Shown: positions 59,057 through 64,000 of the stretch, piece by piece
Position numbering within the stretch: position 1 is the first letter of the stretch
How the letters are laid out: every line of letters begins with the position of its first letter
From: Prasinococcaceae sp. CCMP 1430
Taxonomy: Eukaryota; Plantae; Prasinodermophyta
NCBI GenBank assembly: GCA_013416795.1
Contig: RQSC01000004.1
Span: forward strand, 208,787 to 272,786
Direction: 5' to 3'
Length of the DNA: 64,000 nucleotides
Program-made: the position numbers and the translations under genes
Notes under the pieces: model-generated
Databases searched by the model: none
What the model was told of the DNA's origin: nothing
Seen by the model: the letters and a program-made list of their open reading frames with translations, nothing else

Positions 59057-61465
59057 ATGGGCAAGGCCAAGGGCGGCAAGAAGGCGCGGCCCGCGCCGCT
59101 GCCGCCCGCCAAGGGCCTCGGCGGCGCCGCGCTCGACGCCGACGACGAGNNNNNNNNNNNNNNNNNNNNNNNNNNNNNNNNNNNNNNNNNNNNNNNNNNN
59201 NNNNNNNNNNNNNNNNNNNNNNNNNNNNNNNNNGCGACGGCCTGCGCGCAGCAGCGAGCGCGGACAATGCGGTTCCCGGGCGCCGCGGTTCAGGGCACCC
59301 GCGCCGCGCGCGCCGCGCGCGCAGCGAGCGGGTAGCGGCGAGGCCTCGGTGGCACGGATGATGCCCGCGCGGCGCGTAGAGCGAGCAGGACAGCGCGCTA
59401 ACCACCCCTGGCCCACATTTGCCCTCCCTCCAACCCCGACCCCATCCCGGGCCGTCGCACGTTTCCGTGCCTGCGCGCGCGCGTGCAGGAGTTCCTCAAG
59501 CGCGGCAAGGAGCTGCGAGCGCAGGGCGCGCGCCACCATGCCAACGGCGAGTTCGCCGCGGCGCTGCGCTGCTTCGAGCAGTGCGGCACGCTGCTGCCTG
59601 CCGGACACCCGGACGCGGCCTCCGTCGCGTGCGACCGCGCGACGTGCCACCTGCGCCTGGGCGCGCCGGACAAGGCCCTCAAGGACGCCAACATGGCGAT
59701 GCGGCTCGCGCCGACCAGCGCGCGCGCCGCGCAGCTGCGCGCGCGCGCGCACGAGAGCAAGGGCCACCTGCACCAGGCGCTCGACGACGTCGTCGCGCTG
59801 CGCAAGGCGCATCCAGAGATGGAGGAGGCGCGCGTCTACGAGGAGCGCCTGCGCAAGGGCGTCGAGGCCATGAATGGCGCCAAGGCCGGCAAGAAGCACG
59901 AGGCCGCGGCCAGGGCGATGGGCATGCCCCTCCCAGGGGCCAAGGGCAAGGCGGTCGCGCAGCAGCAGCAGGAGCGCGCGCGCCCCCCGCCGACGCTCAA
60001 GATCCGCTGCGTGCTCGAGGATGACGTGCGCATGCTCGAGGTGCCCGCGCAGGGCACGTTCGAGGATGTCAAGAAGGCCATCCGCGCCAAGTTCCCCGGG
60101 GCGGGCACGCTCGCCATCAAGTACGAGGCCGAGAACGGCGAGCTCGTGACTGTGGCCGGCCTCGCGGACCTGCGCGTGGCAATTCAGACGGCGGCCATGT
60201 CCGCCATGCGCGAGGCCGCTGCCGCTCAGGCGGAGGCCAAGCGCCTCGCCAAGGAGAACCCGGACGCGCCGCCACCCAAGATGCCCCAGCTCGGCCTGCC
60301 CTACGTCAGCCTGCACCTGGTGCGCGTGGTGCGCGGCGGCGCCATCGCACCGGTCGGCGATGCCATCATCGCCGCCGAGGACGGCGAGGAGTGCGAGTTC
60401 GACGACTACATCTTCGACTTCGCGGACCTCTTCAGGCAGCAGCTGGGCATCGACCCTGATGGCCACGTGTCGATCCATAGCGAGGGTCTCGAGCGCTGCC
60501 AGGAGGCGCTCGAGACGGTCGCTACGTCCGAGGAGGCGCAGCCGCTCTTCGACGAGGCCGCGGGCAAGTTCCAGGAGGTGGCGGCGCTCGCCATGTTCAA
60601 CTGGGGCAACGTGCACATGTGCTGCGCGCGCAAGCGTGCGGAGGGGGGCAAGGCGAAGGCCGCCAAGGACAAGAAGGGGGCCGATGGCGGCGCGGACGCC
60701 AGCGCGCAGGACGACCCGCTGGCGGCCCTGTCGCCGGAGGAGGCCCTTGCCATGGACGCCAAGCTCATGGAGGCCGAGGCCAAGTACGCGGAGTCGCTGC
60801 GTATCAAGGCGGACTTCTACGAGGCGCTCGTGGCATGGGGCCAGCAGCGCTTCGAGCGCGCCAAGCTGTTCCAGGCGCAGGAGGGCGCTGCGGCCGCGGC
60901 TATCGCACGACCGGCGCCCGAGCGCGGCTTCAGTGCGGGCGAGCGCGCCGCCGCCGTGGACGAGCTCTACGTGTCGGCCATTGAAAAGTACACCGCCGCG
61001 CTGGAGATGCTGCCAGGCGTTGCTGAGCGCCAGGCGGCCGCGCAGAAGATCTCGGCGGAGAAGGCGGCGGCTGCCGCCGTACGCGCGGGCACCGCGACGC
61101 CCGAGGCCGCGGCTGCCACCGCCTCAGAGCCCGTGCAGGACCTGGTGAAGGAGGTCACGCCGCAGGTTCTGGTCATGTGGGGCAACGTGCTGTACGAGCA
61201 GAGTGCCATCCTCGTGCGCAAGGGGGACAAGAGCGACGACTGGCAGGACCTGCTCGTGGACGCTGTCAAGAAGTTCAAGGAGGCTGGCTGTGGCGTGGGA
61301 GACATCAATGGGGCTCTCTCGCGACACGCCTCAAAAGACGCCGCCTCGGTGGTGGCCGCAAGGGGGGTGACCATCGAGGAGGAGAAGAAGGACGACGCGG
61401 CGCAGGACCAGAAGGACAGCGCTGCGGTCACGGCGTCCCCCGCCGTTGCGGCGGCCAGCGGTTGA
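59057..61465 (+). CDS. PHOX/CLMP1-like TPR + PB1 domain protein; spans a gap and an intron ending at 59488
   Basis: Three N-terminal TPRs, PB1 (LKIRCVLEDDVR...IKYEAENGELVTV), FADLFR..LGID, A.PLFD.AA.KFQEVAALAMFNWGNVHMC.ARKR, MWGNVLYEQS, AV.KF..AG. Confidence 0.93.
59150..59233. other. Assembly gap
   Basis: N run. Confidence 1.
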
Positions 61466-61622
61466 GCTTCATGATCGTGAAGTCGAGGTAGACGCGGACG
61501 CGCTGGCGCGCGATGGGGAGAGGTGGGGGTGGGGGTCGGGGAGGGGGTGTGGGTGGGGGGGCGAGACGCCATGGCACCGCGCGTGGGTAATGTTGTGACT
61601 ATTTCATTTCGCATTTTACGTC

Positions 61623-62606
61623 TCACGTTGGCTTGGCGCCAGTGTAGTACCCCCCGCGCACGACGAAGTCATCGGCCGGCTCGTACTCAGTGAGCCTCAC
61701 GCGCATGCCCCTGCCGTCGGCGGTACCAGGAGTCGCGCCACTGTCCTCGACGGGGCTTTCCCTGTAGTACGTGCAGTCCCTCCCGGCCACGCGAGTATTG
61801 TACGGCGGGGCAATCACATCCAGCATCGCGCACGGCGTGAGCGCGGTGATTGCATGCAAATTGCCCTCGCTGGGCAGCGCAACCTGCGGCTCCACCGGCG
61901 CCGTGATCACGCCGTTCTCGCGTATCCTCGCGAGCCTGCCGCCCGTGGCAGCGGGCGCGGCGTAGTGTGGCGCGCCTTCCGGGGGCGGCTCTTCCCAGTC
62001 ATATGAGCGCACGTGCATGCTTCCGAAGAGCAGTTTGCTCAGGACGAGCATGTCCGGGTGGTTGTGGAGAGGCAGCCGCGCGCGCGCAGGCAGCACGAAG
62101 ATGCCAACGGAGAAGGCCGCACACTCGAAAACGTTGAGGTACGTGATAGGCGGCGCACGGCCGGACGCGGCGTTGCCGGGCACCCCGGGCTCACCGGGCA
62201 GCGGCGGCGCCGGCAGCATGTCCTGCCCTGCTGCCTCGTATTTGGTCTGCCGCTCGTCGACCCCGTCTTTGCCACCGATGGCGCTGCCGCCGAGCTTCCT
62301 CACCACGCCCATCAGCACTTCAGTCGGCGACGACGCGCGGTGCTCCGAGGGACCCAGCCCTACGTCCTCCACCTTGACGCGGTCAAGCTCGGCGGCCACC
62401 GCAGCCATGGCCTTTGCGCGCTTACTACCGTCCCCGACGACGGCCGCGGCGGACGCATAGCTCGTGCTGAAGGCGGCCTCGCACGCGTCGCGCAGGCGCG
62501 TGATGCGCTCCTGGGCAGTCGCCGTGTCCGCGCCATCGACGGCCTCGGAGCCCGCCGCCGCGGCGGCGCCGCCGCCTCCAGCCGTCCTCCCAAACCACGC
62601 CTGCAT
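61623..62606 (-). CDS. PCO: Plant cysteine oxidase / ADO-type thiol dioxygenase
   Basis: PITYL, FS.GIF.LP, LPLHNHPDM, SKLLFG.MHV.SYDW, GNLHAI, LDV.APPY, GRDCTYY. The start is tentative. Confidence 0.93.
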   Translation of the reverse strand: MQAWFGRTAGGGGAAAAAGSEAVDGADTATAQERITRLRDACEAAFSTSYASAAAVVGDGSKRAKAMAAVAAELDRVKVEDVGLGPSEHRASSPTEVLMGVVRKLGGSAIGGKDGVDERQTKYEAAGQDMLPAPPLPGEPGVPGNAASGRAPPITYLNVFECAAFSVGIFVLPARARLPLHNHPDMLVLSKLLFGSMHVRSYDWEEPPPEGAPHYAAPAATGGRLARIRENGVITAPVEPQVALPSEGNLHAITALTPCAMLDVIAPPYNTRVAGRDCTYYRESPVEDSGATPGTADGRGMRVRLTEYEPADDFVVRGGYYTGAKPT

Positions 62607-63006
62607 GCCCACGCGTCGTGCTGCCGCCCTGCCGCCCGCTGCCACCGCCCCGCTCGCCACACCCGCCGCCGCGCGCAGCTGCGGCTGGCTCGGCGCGCCG
62701 CGCCGCGCCCACACGCGCATGCACCCCCAGCCGCGGCCGGACGTGCCGCTCGGCGCACCACCCAACACTTGTTTCCCCTCCGCTCCCCCCACTCTCGCGC
62801 CTCTCGCTGCTGCAGCCCTCACCCGCCCACCCACCTCCGCCCACCGCGCTCCCACCCCCTCCCCCACCCCCCCTCACGCGTGCCGCCCCAGCCGCGCCTG
62901 GGTACGCTCGCCGCGGGCGCTGTGGGAGCAGCGCATGCACCGCGCCGCACCTCGCTGGCCGTCGGCCCTGGGGAAGCAGGCGTCGCCACGCAATGGTGCG
63001 TCCGTG

Positions 63007-63062
63007 TTAGGGTTTTACTGGCAACAATTTAGGGTGGGAAGTGTGTAGGGTTAGATCTAGGG
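63007..63062. promoter_or_regulatory. Cluster of telo-box / telomere-like TAGGG(TTT) motifs in the divergent PCO-TFIIA promoter
   Basis: TTAGGGTTT (63007), TTTAGGG (63028), TAGGGTTA (63046) and TAGGG (63058) within 56 bp. Confidence 0.6.
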
Positions 63063-63298
63063 CATCGCAGCAAGAGGGAGGACGCGGGCGTGCGCGGTGC
63101 GCTTGGCGCCACGCGCCCTGGGAGCCGCGGCACCCACAGGGCGCGCCGTGGCCCCTGTCCACATCCGCGAGGCGTGTCGCGCGCGGGGAGGGAGGGGGGG
63201 TCGCGCTGCGCCCGCGTGCGCGCCGCACCCCCGCACGCGCGCGCGCCCTCTCGGCCCACGGCCGCCTCACGTTTTCTCTGGCAGGGAGGGAGCAGGCG

Positions 63299-64000
63299 AT
63301 GGCGCCGACGGCGGCCCCGCTGAGCATCTACCAGGCGGCGACGCTAGGTCGCACGCTGTATGAGTCGCTGCTGGAGCTCGTCACGGAGCAGAAGATCCGC
63401 CCCGAGCTCGCGGAGCGCGTGATGCAGCAGTACGACCAGGCCGTTGCGGATGTCTTCGACGAGAAGAACGGGGGCGGGGCGACCATCACGTGCGTCATAC
63501 CGTCGCGCGGCAGGAGCGCCCGCCGTCTCAGTGCCCACGCGCGCACTTGCGGCGTAGTAGAGTCGCAGAGTCGCGTGCGCGCCCCACTGTTCCCCACAGC
63601 CGCGTGTCCGCTCCACTGCGGCCGTGAGACGCGCTGCTGAGTGCTTCGCGCACAGCTTTTGCGAACAACCCTACACGCTCGACGCCTCCAGAACCTCCCG
63701 CCCGCGCTGGCCTCACGCGGCGTGCGGGCCTCGGTGACGGCACTAGCCACACCTCGTGCTCGCAACGGACGCCGCTGCGTGCGCTCACTCGCTCGCTCCG
63801 CACACGAGGATAGGAGCTGACACGCGCGCGTGTCGCCGCGGCAACCACGGCTCTCCGCTTGCGCGGGTGCGCTCCGCCCGCAGTGGAAAGCTGCACGTGT
63901 ACCGCGGCTGCAACAGTGTGTGGACTTTCTTCGTGAAGAACGCTCTCATCAAGGAGAGCGGCTCGGTGCAGGAGCTTGGCCGCGAGCCGCGTGAAATGGT
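63299..64000 (+). CDS. TFIIA-S: Transcription initiation factor IIA gamma subunit (partial); intron 63490-63883
   Basis: YQAATLGRTL.ESL.ELV....I.PELA.RVM.QYD, then GKLHVYRGCNSVWTF; truncated by the window end. Confidence 0.92.

Overview
Gene-dense, very GC-rich (about 70% by eye) eukaryotic nuclear DNA from a green alga. The plant-type genes (LHC, AP2, PHOX/CLMP1, PCO), the short GT-AG introns with CTGAC/CTAAC branch points and the AAACCCTA telo-boxes fit a prasinophyte or Prasinoderma-like lineage, but this is not provable from the window. I can support about 28 protein-coding genes, often in alternating head-to-head and tail-to-tail pairs: M48 peptidase, sulfotransferase, COQ4, REV1, calmodulin, CCP1/Nna1, FBF1-like, ABHD hydrolase, UreH/CGF-like Ni permease, SMYD, PstS-like, an unknown membrane protein, zuotin, ABCF, a methyltransferase, a double-AP2 transcription factor, sirtuin, IMP2, a coiled-coil protein, ALG11, RUVBL2, a polyQ-UBA protein, an Ig-like repeat protein, TLDc, an ACT-cNMP kinase, PHOX, PCO and TFIIA-gamma. 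I found no tRNA, rRNA, CRISPR array or transposon. The most interesting observations are: (1) a PKG-like kinase carrying two GlnD/ACR-type ACT domains, one nested inside a degenerate cyclic-nucleotide-binding barrel; (2) an in-frame TGA in the middle of an otherwise intact REV1 C-terminal domain; (3) an orphan LHC first exon running in frame into an FBF1-like ORF; (4) a membrane-anchored bacterial-type PstS. Three N gaps and several broken 5' ends show that the assembly is imperfect, so some oddities may be artefacts.
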